Below, piece after piece: positions 34,601-46,300 of a stretch of DNA of 64,000 nt. The position numbers and the translations under genes were made by a program. The stretch's first letter is position 1. Every line of letters begins with the position of its first letter. The notes beneath the pieces are model-generated. The model had not been told where the DNA came from and searched no databases. It was given only the letters and a program-made list of their open reading frames with translations. Source of the DNA: Haliotis cracherodii (lineage: Eukaryota); assembly GCF_022045235.1 (NCBI RefSeq), contig NW_027266308.1, forward strand, positions 58,528,001-58,592,000, read 5' to 3'.

Positions 34601-36966
34601 CAGAATCCCCACGGGGAGACAAGTATAGGTTACTGGGGGATCTATATACTTACCCGGAGTACCCACGGGTGGTAGTTAATCCAACGAAAGTCTACGAAAA
34701 TGTTGGGCATGATTGCCATAAGATGCAATAAGAATCTCATCCTTAAAAGCAGATTTACTTTTGAAAACATGTTGGACATATTGAGTTGTGATGCAATGCC
34801 TTTCTGTAGTGCTTATTGATTTCCCATTTGTATTGCTAGGAGGAACTACGCTTCCACAGACTACCTCAGGGCGTATTTTGACATCCAGTTGGTGGATGTT
34901 CTCCATTGTCGTCATGGCCGTCTACTGTGGTAACATTGTGGCCATGCTCGCGTCGAACAAGGCGACCCGGCCCTTTAGCACACTGGCAGAACTACTACAG
35001 AATACGGAATATACTTATGGAGTCCTTGGGGGCTCAACTACCGTTATGCAACTCAATGTAAGTATGACATGTAATGTGTCAATCTTTGAAAGTTAATACT
35101 TATCTACGCATCAGTCTATTTTAACTGCATGTGTAGTCTGGAAGGTAATTTAAGGTAAGTTGGTATGAGATTATTAAACAGTCATACATAACTGGATATT
35201 ACATTTAAAGACAATCGGTGTATGAATAAAAAAATCTGTCTTTAAGCTATCACTATATTTCATCAACAACCAGACCTGTTCGTCACGGGTGGAACGAGCA
35301 TTCGTTGAAACAGCCATCTGCATAATGCTACCCCTGCGTCACAGGGCCATATGACACAGTTGAACCAATCAACGTAACTCGAAAGGGTGCACGGGAATCC
35401 CGCAGGCACAAAAACGGTGTTAGCGTTGGGCGTCTCAACGTGTGTGATTCCCGTGCACCCTTTCGAGATGAGTTGCTGTGATACACAATATGCACAGACA
35501 TGTGCGCAGGATTGCTCAAGAAGCGTCGTATAACGTCACTCCGAGTTATCGACCGTTTTCACTTGTGCCAACGCCACCTATCTACTGCCAGTCGGACGTT
35601 TGGAACCCACCACAGACTAGTGTCGGCAAATACATTGTTTTAGGATTGTGTTGCATATCTCAGATGCCGACATTTCATAGTTTAGGATGTGCGTTTCTTT
35701 TGGAACTGAGTATAATTATCTTTTCGTTTTTAGACATGTCATGCATTTTCATACGTTTATTATATGAAAAGTTCTCTTTGACAGACGACGTCCGATCCCA
35801 TCCTTCAATCGTTTTGGAGCAAGGTTAAGATGTTTAACCATTCTGATCCGGATGTCTTGAGTTCAAAGAATGATGTCCACATTTCCAAAGTCATGAGGGA
35901 GAAGTATGCATTTCTCGCCGGTCGATCTGATCGCCCTCCTGAGGCTGGATGTAATCTGACTTTTTTAGGAAAGGAAATATACCCCATCACCTATCACATT
36001 GGCTTTGTGGAAGGATCCAACCTGAAACCACTAGTAGATTATAGGTAAGGTAAAGTAAGTGAGTGAGTATGGTTTTACGCCGCTTTTCAGCAATATTCCA
36101 GCAATATCACGGCGGGGACACCAGAAATGGGCTTCACACATTGTGCCCATGTCGGGTCTTCGGCGTGACGAGCGAACGCTTTAACCACTACGCTACCCGA
36201 CCGCCCCAGGTAAGGTAAAGAGCCAAGGAGGATAACATTAATTATTCATAACAAAATATAGTTTCTTCAGCTAATATTTCTCCATAATAATACTAGTATT
36301 TATTTCATAGCATTATAATAATAAAACCATGTGGAGATTCAGGGTTATAACTGGCCCCAACCATTTATGCTTGTCGTACGAGACGACTCAACTGGTCTTG
36401 TGGTCAGGCTCGATGTCGTGATGTCAAGGTACCTAGACATCGTGGAACGTCGCTCACAATATCAATCACTGGTTTGTCTTATCAAGACCCGATAATATAC
36501 AGGCTGCATAGCTGGAATATTGCTGTGTGCGGCTTAAAAACACAAAGAAAACAAACATACTAAGAAATGAACTTGCCTTTTTCCTCTTCTATTGGTTCAT
36601 CATAGCAGCGTAAAGCAGGAAGTTATCCAAGATTTTCATGGCACATCTTACGCTTTAATTTCAAGAGAAATCTGATATATTCTGGGAAGCAAAAGATAGG
36701 TTGTTTGAAATTCATGTCTAAATTAATCTTTTTTCAGTCTCAGTGAGATGACCTCTGGGGGTCTTCTCAGTCGTTTGAAGACGCTCTGGGGACTTGATTC
36801 GCTGAAGCAATGTCAGATACCAGTGAGAAGAAAGACGTTTTCTATGTTTGACTTTTACCTTCCCCTGTACATTGCTGGCTCTGGACTTGGAGTGAGCTGT
36901 TTGGTGCTAATTCTAGAAAGTGTATATTCCCGACTGAAACGTACGTGTGATGTACCCAAAGCATGA
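28459..36966 (+). CDS. Divergent ionotropic glutamate receptor / ionotropic receptor (IR)-like gene, spliced; 5' exon(s) not resolved
   Basis: Ten GT-AG exons in consistent phase: 28459-28641, 28876-29066, 30792-30947, 32350-32502, 32899-32990, 33258-33345, 33647-33956, 34840-35057, 35785-36044, 36738-36966. ATD, S1, M1-M3, S2 and M4 are recognisable. Confidence 0.9.
28876..29066 (+). CDS. IR/iGluR exon, amino-terminal domain
   Basis: HGLDSLIDQL...MRRIILFCGETCIVRVLAK; donor GTAATC. Confidence 0.8.
30058..30221 (+). mobile_element. SINE family B, intronic
   Basis: Full head and tail. Confidence 0.85.
30792..30947 (+). CDS. IR/iGluR exon
   Basis: 156 bp, phase 0-0, QHFSMWVMV..KLDNVFLVE. Confidence 0.7.
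31023..31615 (-). mobile_element. R4/Dong-like (RLE-type) LINE fragment
   Basis: KSETGGFLFAAQGQSLPTRN..CRL..HIVSGCPALAQTQYLERHD (CCHC-RHD motif). Confidence 0.8.
32350..32502 (+). CDS. IR/iGluR exon, ATD-S1 linker
   Basis: LFPNTKNGLNGRKLLLGTMP; donor GTGAGT. Confidence 0.85.
32899..32990 (+). CDS. IR/iGluR exon, S1
   Basis: YVGYCVDVLKELSSLLNFT; donor GTAAGT. Confidence 0.92.
33258..33345 (+). CDS. IR/iGluR exon, S1
   Basis: EPADGKWG..SWTGLVGQLQRK. Confidence 0.92.
33647..33956 (+). CDS. IR/iGluR exon, S1-M1-M2
   Basis: EVDMVVAP..FREKVADF, hydrophobic M1, GAILRQG pore loop. Confidence 0.92.
34840..35057 (+). CDS. IR/iGluR exon, M3-S2
   Basis: SGRILTSSWWMFSIVVMAVYCGNIVAML..YGVLGGSTT. Confidence 0.93.
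35134..35619. mobile_element. Possible non-autonomous Academ-like element containing a 22-bp hairpin
   Basis: TAGTCTG...CAGACTA termini with GTG duplicated at 35131-33 / 35620-22; the TIR is only 7 bp. Confidence 0.4.
35785..36044 (+). CDS. IR/iGluR exon, S2
   Basis: KVMREKYAFL..CNLTFLG..YHIGFVEGSNLKPLVD. Confidence 0.9.
36056..36207 (-). mobile_element. SINE family B whose TSD duplicates an IR splice donor
   Basis: TSD AGGTAAGGTAAAG at 36043-55 / 36208-20. Confidence 0.9.
36738..36966 (+). CDS. IR/iGluR last exon, M4 and stop
   Basis: EMTSGGLLSRLKTLW..C..FYLPLYIAGSGLGVSCLVLILE, TGA. Confidence 0.9.
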
Positions 36967-38611
36967 AATTAGTTCCTGTTGTGAAATGTACTGAAATATA
37001 TGTATATTTATGTCGAGAGAGTGAGTATGGTTTTACGCCGCTTTAGGCAATATTCCAGCAATATCACGGCGGAGACACCAGAAATGGGCTTCACACATTG
37101 TACTCATGTGGGAAATCGGACCCGGGTCTTGTGTGACGAGCAAGCGCTTAAACCACTAGGCCCTAGGTCCACTTCCCTATTTATGTGGAAAACTGTCTTT
37201 GAAGATATAATTTTCGAGTCTACAGTTACCTTGGATTTCTTGGCAACATTGCCTTGTTGACCTAGAATGACTGATTTAATCAACAGTGATCCTTCGAAGA
37301 CTTTTCAACATTCACAGGCTTCCGTTTTATTATGTTGGCACCTATCTGAAACAAAGTACTCGGATCCCGGCTGAGAAGAGTACAGTCAGACTTGTTTTAC
37401 ATACAAGCTAACGAGACAAGTGGCGAAACACTGAAAATGAATAATTACGTCACACGTGTGTCAAGAAAGTTGACCTAGTTTTATTCATTTTGATTGGATA
37501 GAAGTGACCTTCCTACCGAAAAGTCATGGTGGAACTTGTTTCTTATTCATAAAACATTTCATGTACAGGGGGTTTAAGTTTGGTAATCTCACAATTTTCA
37601 CGTCGATTATCTGCACCTTTTTGGTGAACAAATCACCAGACACTCCCCTCTCAAATATAACGTCGTCCTATTTACGACGTCATCACGTTGCGTGCGCATG
37701 ATCGAATATCCAGAAATGACGTCATAATAGAACAATGTTTTATCGTGAAATAAACCACGCTTCGTTCATTATTTTTCTTTGCAATTTATCGCGTAGCTAT
37801 CTTATATTAAACAATACTAGCACCTCAAACACTTCAAATTCGCTTCATGCATTCTATATTCGTAACACCTTAACATAGACCAACTACATGAATTTTACAA
37901 TCGAGCTTTGTCTATTTAACACGAACTAGTCAACGTACAGATCCAGCTCTTGCGATCGAGGACACAAGCGTGATGTGAAACATATTTTGGGCGTTGCGAA
38001 ATGAAGGCAGTTAGGGTCTTCGGCAGGATATTTAGACTTACTTTGGTTGTCGTGGCTGTGTCGTCATTGTCCCCTTCGAATCTTTATTTTGTGGCTGTAT
38101 TTACGAATAGATTTACGATTGAACACCAGACCCCTCGAACGGAAAATTTCGTGAATCAAAGTGAACAATAACATTCCATACTTTGGTGGCAGGTGGTCCT
38201 GTGCACAGCGCACAGGCCGCACATCAGACGCAGCAACAGCGTTAGGGCACCGCTTCAGTAGACACGCTGTGCTACGACGCCTCCATGTCGCAAGTATTCG
38301 AGGCTACCGTCCCTTTCGTGGAATGACAAACCTAGAGAAACATACTCAGGGCGAACCGGGATTCCAACCAACTATCATAGAATTCTGATACGCTTACGGG
38401 ACGCAACTCTGTTCAGCGAATTGTGGTGCCGTAGACGACTGTAACACAAAAATGATCTATAATTCATTGCGGTGGATCTCCTGCTAAAATATTGATGCAA
38501 ATTTGAACACTGTTACGATTTTAAATACTGTGGAGTAATTAAACATGATGTAATACATTTATTTGAACAGAGCACCGTCGCCTTGTCCACATGACCAAAG
38601 AGGTTAACCCC

Positions 38612-38849
38612 GTCAGCAAGCTGACAAGGTAAGGATGTCATCTGTGGGATGACTCCACGTCCTGCTACATACTTCCCCGTCAACAGAAGGCACGTCCCGG
38701 GCCGCATCGTAGGGTACTAAGGCTTATCTTGCTCAAATTTAATATGAACGTGCTTAGCCCCACGTTGGGCGCCAATGTAGCGGCCATAATATTTCAGCAA
38801 GCTGACAAGTAAGGATGTCATCTGTGGGATGACTCCACGTCCTGCTACG
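38612..38849 (-). mobile_element. Miniature LTR retroelement (TRIM-like)
   Basis: Direct repeats starting (T/C)GTAGCAGGACGTGG. The 5' LTR ends GCTACA, then comes PBS TGGCGCCCAACGTGGGGC (38774-38757), 106 bp between the LTRs, and purine tract GACGGGGAAG before the 3' LTR. Confidence 0.75.
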
Positions 38850-39278
38850 CATGCTTTGTCTCCGATAGAGGCAGATAACACACACGTCCGTCGTACGGCA
38901 GTCACGCCTGATACGCCTGACATTTTCAAAATCATTCTTGACATTCTCCTTCAACAGAAATGGCGATACTTCCAAAGGTTTATATTCTCATGCTCACCTA
39001 AGATCGAGCTAAGGTTGTTCCAGACTAAGATAACTTAATTCTTCCATTACTCGTAAGATTACCCTTAGCTAAGGGTGTTTTGTGAAACCGGTTCAGGCCT
39101 ACTGATTCAATAAACAGCATGGATGGCCCGGTGGCCTGAACTCCAACAATTGTGTTGCAAATGCGCCGTGTATCGGTTGGTTCGATTCCAATATAAGACC
39201 CAGTTATGCTCTTTTATTGGTCTGCCAGCACCAAACCCACATGTAGAATGTGGTTAATGTTAACGTCATGACGTTGTA

Positions 39279-39449
39279 TACCGTATTCGACGTAACAAGC
39301 GCCCCGCTATAATAAGCGCCCACGGCGACATTAGGCTCAGATATTGGCTAGTGAACAATCCCAATTAGCGCCGCTTCCGATTGATGTACACAAGACTTAT
39401 TTATTCGCGTATAATACGCACTCGTGTATGAAAGACCGGGAATACGGTA
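39279..39449. mobile_element. Short MITE (Tc1/pogo-like)
   Basis: TACCGTATT...AATACGGTA termini. Confidence 0.55.
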
Positions 39450-39834
39450 ACTGAGATATTGTATAAAGCAACGATCATACGCACCTACTGGGTGTGTTCA
39501 AAACATTGACTGGTCAACGTCTTTACAGTATATAGAATTTTCAATCAACAGTGTCTAAATGTATGTATTGAATGTCACCGCTTGAAGGTGACTGAGATAT
39601 CGGTCGCATAATACCCATCCATGCTTTGCTGTCACCCTTATCTAGGTGTGATAATAGCTATGTGTTTTCAGACACGTATGTTATTTCATTTACACTTTGA
39701 GCTGGTATTTAATCGCACAACACACCGTGATATACTGATTAAAACCGGCGTTAACCAACCTCACTCACTCACGAATCACAACCACTGATCAACTTTAAAT
39801 AATGCTTTTGATACAACTAATGCGTGTTGTCTCC

Positions 39835-40790
39835 ATCCATACAAAAGTAATACCAAGAATGAATTGGTCCTTTCTGCATGGATTGGGATTGATTTGTGGG
39901 AAGAATGAAGTACTGCAGAGGTTCGGTGAAAAGATGGAAAACCCGCAAAAACACAACAACGTGAGAGCCTGTCGCTGAAACACACCAACATAACATGCAC
40001 GTGCAACATTACACGTTTGGCTATAAAACGTTGGGTTTTCATTTGAATGCCATCACAATCTTACAGCAAGTGAACAGCGAAAACAGGCCATGCCTGACGG
40101 AAGCCCAACGCGACACCACGTGAGCTTCCCAGATCCCGTCGACTACGTATCGCTGCTGAAGCACAGGACAGATTCATACGGCTACGTCACTGACGTGAGA
40201 GAACCACGTCGTCCTCCTCTTTAACTACGTCAATACCAGGATTGTGCAGGATATCGGCCCAGACCGTGAGGAACCGTGTACGAGCTGAATGTATTTGCGC
40301 TAGACAACCAGTTCGAGGTGTCATTTTGACGGATCTTCAATCGTCGGCTTCGACGTCAGTGGTGTATGCCCACAACTGCGAGAGAGACAAGTTTGGTTTC
40401 GTGACGAGTCACATTTTATGCTTCGTCGTGCGGATTGCAGGCGTCGTGTTTACATGCGTCGCGGGGAACGTTATGCACAAAACGGTATAAAGAAAGTGGA
40501 CTAACAACAGTCTTCTTCAGGAAATGAAACATCCAGATCCTTGCATGGTCCTCCAGGTCTCCACATTTTTCACTTGGATGCACTGGATCAACGACGGTAA
40601 CCAAGTCAGCAACAACTACAGAACCTGCCATGGTTGGCACAAGCACTGCAGGCAGAGTTGGTGAAGATTCGGGATCTGATTGCTACCATAGGACGAAGAT
40701 TGAGGACAGATGACATCACCCTCGAAAATCTACTGTTCAATGTGTGCCATATTGAACCTGGTTAAATGACAATGATGTATGTCGATTTTG
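39835..40790 (+). mobile_element. Tc1/mariner family 2, deleted copy
   Basis: Homologous to 21355-22745 (SAQTVRNR, RPVRGVILT). Confidence 0.8.
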
Positions 40791-40938
40791 AGTGAGTGCG
40801 TGAGTGAGTATAGTTTTACGCCGCTTTTAGCAATATTCCAGGAATGGGCTTCACACATTGTACCCATGTCGGGAATCGAACCCGGGTCTTCGGCGTGACG
40901 AGCGAACGCTTTAACCACTAGGCTACCCGACCGCCCCT
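40790..40938 (-). mobile_element. SINE family B
   Basis: Reverse copy. Others at 37017-37165(-), 48631-48882, 52950-53112, 58594-58740(-) and 59280-59430. Confidence 0.85.
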
Positions 40939-41049
40939 GTAAGTTCTGAACCATGACCATGCGGCATATTATACTATGTACGTCGGTCTATAATAAGCTC
41001 CTATTTTTATACATTTATTATATACATCATCATGTGACAGTTGTTTACC

Positions 41050-41640
41050 AGTGTATTGGTTGAAATATCTTCATAAACAGTGACTCTTTTTCTTGGCGAA
41101 CTGATTTGTTATCTGTAAATTGTTTGTCAAATGGAAAAATCTTACACTTCCCATTTCCACACCGATCATTGTGTCCACTCAGTTTTAAGTGTCGTACATT
41201 TGAATCTCGTAAATTTTTTTCTTTTTCTAATTGAACAGAATTATAAGTCTATGGACATCATTTAAGATTCTAAATCCGTCTTTTGCTGTGAATAAATGTT
41301 TTTGTTTTTTTCATATTTTCACTTTGCTCTATTAATAGAATATAAGAGCGCACAACTGGCGTTAGATTGCATTTTTTAGGGTCAGAGGTAGTCACAAATT
41401 GAATAGTCCTGAAGTTTGGTTTTCAACAACTCTTGTCTTGGTATAAAAGTCTTGGTATTCCTTTAGATTTTAAAATGGCATTTTTTATTAATTCTGATGG
41501 GGATCCTTGTTGTTTGAGGTGGGACGTTAGTTCCGCCAGTCGTGAATCACGTGTTTCTGTATCTGACACAATACAACATATTCCTCTTGCCATAACATTG
41601 ATCTTTGTGTGTACTTGCTATGGCTGATGTCATAACCAGT
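41050..41640 (-). mobile_element. Penelope-like element fragment (RT thumb and GIY-YIG C-terminus)
   Basis: ARGICCIVSD.ETRDSRLAEL..HLKQQGSP.ELIKNAI; KIFPF...VRQEKESLFMKIFQP. Confidence 0.65.
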
Positions 41641-43164
41641 GTAACTGCATTCTCTCTGACGATACGAATCAAAATATATTTAAATAATGTGTGTGTGTTT
41701 GATTGTTTGTTTATGTTTGTGTGTGTGTCAACTTTTTTATTCCTATTTCAAGTGCTTTGTTCCATGCACGGATATCGAAAAATGAATTTTGACGAGTTGT
41801 TATGATTTTATTATTTGAACAGAGAAAGAAGGTAATGACAAAACTGACAATTACACATATTTCTTCACGTCACAAACCTGAAAACGATAGACGTGCCACA
41901 GTGCACGAGAACAAGAACATTGATGACATAGGTCTGGCGCTGCATTGAAACCCTCTTTGGCTGTATAAGCGTTGCGTCTATTGGGGATTTTACTCTGGCA
42001 CCTCTCACACTATAAATAGTGTATTATATAAAGGATATTAACGCACACTCGGTAGTCAATGTCATTTAACTGTCTGTCTGTACCATCGAAGGCGTTTATA
42101 ATCTTACCATTTAGGTTGTGTTAACACGTGGCCAAGCTGCACTCGTGTTCACAGTAGTCCCTCCTGTAATTTACAATAACAATTTCCATGGTGTGAAAGT
42201 ATTAATCCTCTATGTAATCCAGCAACTTCTGTACTTAGTGAAGAGGCGATTATGGATGCAAACACCTGATAGATCGTTGTTCCTCGGGTGCAATTTATAT
42301 TATCAAAGTCTTTAATGTTCTGCCACTGTGATCACTTCGTCTTCATTTAGTTCAGTCGGATCTGTATTTACATTTCTAGTGTACCAAGTATTGTCACCAT
42401 GTTGGAAGCAAGACCGTCACTAATTATAATGTGAGATTATTAATCTGCAACATACGTGAAGGATGCCTTGTGAGTGGAATAAATTTAAACAACTAGACGA
42501 TGTGCGTTTATAGTTGCTACCTATAGAGATAAGGCACAGTAATCTAATAACATTAATTCCTGTGTTGTCATGCAGTGTTATCTATGACTTTATATTGTTC
42601 ATGATCAACTGGGCCATACATTTACCGTCGGCGAGAGGGACGTCTTCACACTTCATTGTGGACAAGCGTATGATCAGGAACAAGGTAACTACATCATGTC
42701 AAAAATATTTAATAATACTTTGTTTCGATATTATGCAGTTTATACACTTACTTTTATGCCTGTTTTATCCTTTAAAAATGTTGAACTTCAGTTACACAGT
42801 AAAACAAGATTAATATATTCTTACTTCGCGATACACGATGCTAACATGCTAAAACAAAACAGAGGAAATATATTCAAGCATCGAAATATTATGCATATAA
42901 CATCTTACATGTACAACATTATTTGATTTGTTTGTAAATATGAAAAAAAGCCAAAAAAGAGCCGTGTTGTCGCGTCTTTTTAGGCTAAACCCAATGACCA
43001 GAAAGATAGTACTTCTTCTTGGCCTTAAATCGCTTCTCACAAACAAAGGTCGCAGGAGACCAATTCTAACTTCAAATCCCCAAGGGGGAATTTCAGATGC
43101 TCTGGTACATATAAAGTTTGAAATGTGATATAATGTCGTCCACACGCAGTGCTCACCAACTATC

Positions 43165-43308
43165 ATGAGAGGAGTCATGGCGGCGTGTTTGGTGTATCTC
43201 CTCCTCATTCTGATGCCTCTGTTGGGTGTGGATGCTCAGACTAAACACTTCATGGGAGGATCAATGAGCTTCAAGTTCGTCGACACATCCAACCCTAAAG
43301 CGTTTAAG
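43165..43308 (+). CDS. Exon 1: signal peptide plus HFMGGSMSF
   Basis: [38 protein letters not shown]; donor GTATGA. Confidence 0.85.
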
Positions 43309-46300
43309 GTATGAAAAGCCGTCTTCAGTTTGGCTTTGTAATCATGTTTAAATTGTTATAGAAAAGATATACATGTACTGCTCAAGGTCGCATTCACATA
43401 ATTGCACAAAAGGATGCATGATTGTCTGATAGTCATGATAGTTTTATTATCACTACACTTTCCCAAACTGCTGCGCAAACTAACGACAGATTGCAATTCA
43501 ATCTGACGACGATATTCAATCATACTGCTGACGCTAAGAGAGAGAGAGTAACTAAATTGTTTTTCACATTAAAGGAACTGCTGTAATACTGAGTCGACAT
43601 TTTACGAAGTAAGGTATGCCATTATACTGTAACGGATCTGAATATTGTGGGAAATTAATGAAAACATATAATTTGCATGTTTTCGTATAATTACTTAAAG
43701 GGGACTATACCAGACTGATATGTGAATGTGTTTTATTTGTACTTTCACAAAAGAAGTATCGATAATCATAATTATTAAAAGAAATGAGTGACTTTCATGT
43801 CAATGGTTATCTTAACTGTTGGTAATGTACAATGATCGACCTTTTTGTTAAACTGAACAATAGAATCCAACCACCAGGATTCTAAAAATACCCCTCTTGC
43901 AACAATTACAAACTGAAACTCAGGTTTTTTTTCAGGTACAATTAACGACTGTTACCGGGTGGGTGTTAGGTGAAGGACCCTGTGGCGAACACTGCTCGAT
44001 CAATGACGTCGGAAGGAGCACAGCTACGACTCGAAACCATATGTTGGACATGAATGGCTATGCATATTTTGGAAACTGGAGGTCGGAGGTCAGAAGTAAC
44101 TTCATTAACAGTATGATGACTGACAAAGTATCCAAGAATCTCACTGGCAAAGTAGCAGCCGTAAATGGTCCCCTCGGGTGGGAACAGGAAGTAGCCGGGG
44201 TCATTCTTGAAGTCGATCCATTATCACGCCAGACAGATATTGTGTAAGTGTAACCAGCTTGTTCTTTAATGTGAAATTATTACATATTAGATCATTTTTT
44301 CTTAAAGTTCATAAGGTGAATGTACGGAGGCAATATAAAGTGGCTTGCTGTTCGATCTGTTGTTTGACCACAGATCTTTCTGGATCATTATATGGCCGTT
44401 CCGTGAATATTCTATGTCAGCAACCCACGCTTGTCGTAAGAGGCGACTAACGAAATCAGGTGGTCAGGCTCACTGGTTCATGGATGTCGTTCTTTTCCAA
44501 TTGCACAGATGCTCAAAATGTTGCAAGTTGACATGGTAAGGATGTTATCTGTGGTATGACTCAACGCCCTGCTGCAATGTCAGTCACTGAATTGTCTGGT
44601 CAAGTTGGATTACTTACAGACCACCGTATTATGGCTGGGATATTGCGGCGTTAAACAACAACCAAACAAACACTACATAATGCACGATCCCGTTAGTCGC
44701 CTCTTACGTATACGACAAGCATAGTCGCCTTTCACGGCAAACATGGGTTGCTGAAGACCTATTCTAATCCAGTAGCTTGGTCTGGTGACTTGGGTTCGGT
44801 GACCGACATTGGGACACGCAATTGTAGGCCGGCCTGTTGTGATGATATTGCATTAATGATACAATAATCAAAGTGTCTTGGAGCTTTTGACAGTGGTAAC
44901 ATGTCAAGGGCATGGGATAAGGGGATACCAGTGTTGATTCGATGCATTTACAAACAGACAGACATGCTTAACCTTTCAGCGAACCCCTGGTGTCATCAGA
45001 GATTTTCAATGATCTATTCATATAAGTTTCACCTCAATTTTGCCTCTTCCGCCAAATGGAATCTGTGTAGTCGGATAATCGAGACTGGTTATTCTCGAGC
45101 TTTGACGTTTTGCATGTACGTACATTGTACATGTAATGTATCACAAAATGAAATTTCACAATATGATGATTCTTTATCACCAGGTGTTTTTGTTATTAAA
45201 ATGATTGATCTGTACGTTATATGATGGTTTTTATGGTCAAAGAAACGAAAATGAATAGCTCGTTGCAACTTACATCAACAGGGTGGATGGTAGCTTCTGG
45301 AAAGACTTTGACTATGGTTACAATGGCGACTCAAGATTTCACCTCCAAGTCAAGATATCTACACATGAACGTAGTGACACAGGGAAACCAAACAACAGCC
45401 CTGTTGCGATGTTTAAGCCTACGTACAAGTAGGTTGATAATAATATAGTGTGGTCCCATTAAGATGAAGTGATAATACTATTAATAATAGTCCATTTGTT
45501 TGGAGCTTTTCCCGTGATGAATATCATGCATTATTAGTCCGGTCAATGGATCAGTGTGCACTCGAATTTCATTCTCAGCTCCTTGGGGAGTATACAAGCC
45601 ATGCTAAATGTAGTGATGTTTATTGAAAGTATATCATTCAGGTATTCTAAATATAGTGATGTTTATTGAAAGTATATCATTAAAGTATTCCAAATATAGG
45701 GATGTTTATTGAAGGCATATCATTAAGTATTTATTGATTTCAAGTTTTGAAACGCATACATGACTGATTATAAATTTATGTCTTCCAGAATTCTCTTGAA
45801 CAGCGTAACAGTCATCACACTCTCCACCATGGACGAGGATGGGGATTTTGTTCAATGTCAGCCAGCAGAGTACATAACAGCTGGTGGTCTACCTACACCA
45901 CGTAACACGACCATACATAAGGTAACAATGAAGCTTTGGAGAGTTTTTGTTCATTAACATAAATTGCAAGGAGAAGGTGCACGTTCATGTCCATATGAAC
46001 AATTATATAATGGATGACGCCAGACTACTGTGTTAGCATTATCATCCGCCATGTTATCAGTATTATCAGTTAATCCATGAAGTAAATGCACAAAGATAAC
46101 GGACGTCATGATGAATGACTGAATATGGCTTTACGACGTTTTTAGCAGTATTTCAGCAATATCACGGCACGGACCACTAGAAATTGGAACCTCATGATGA
46201 AGTTGCATGCTGAAGTTCATTGTAGCTGAATGAACGAAAACCTTTCAAACATGCTTCACAAGTGTCTGGGCATTTATAACAACACAGATGTAGGAATGAG

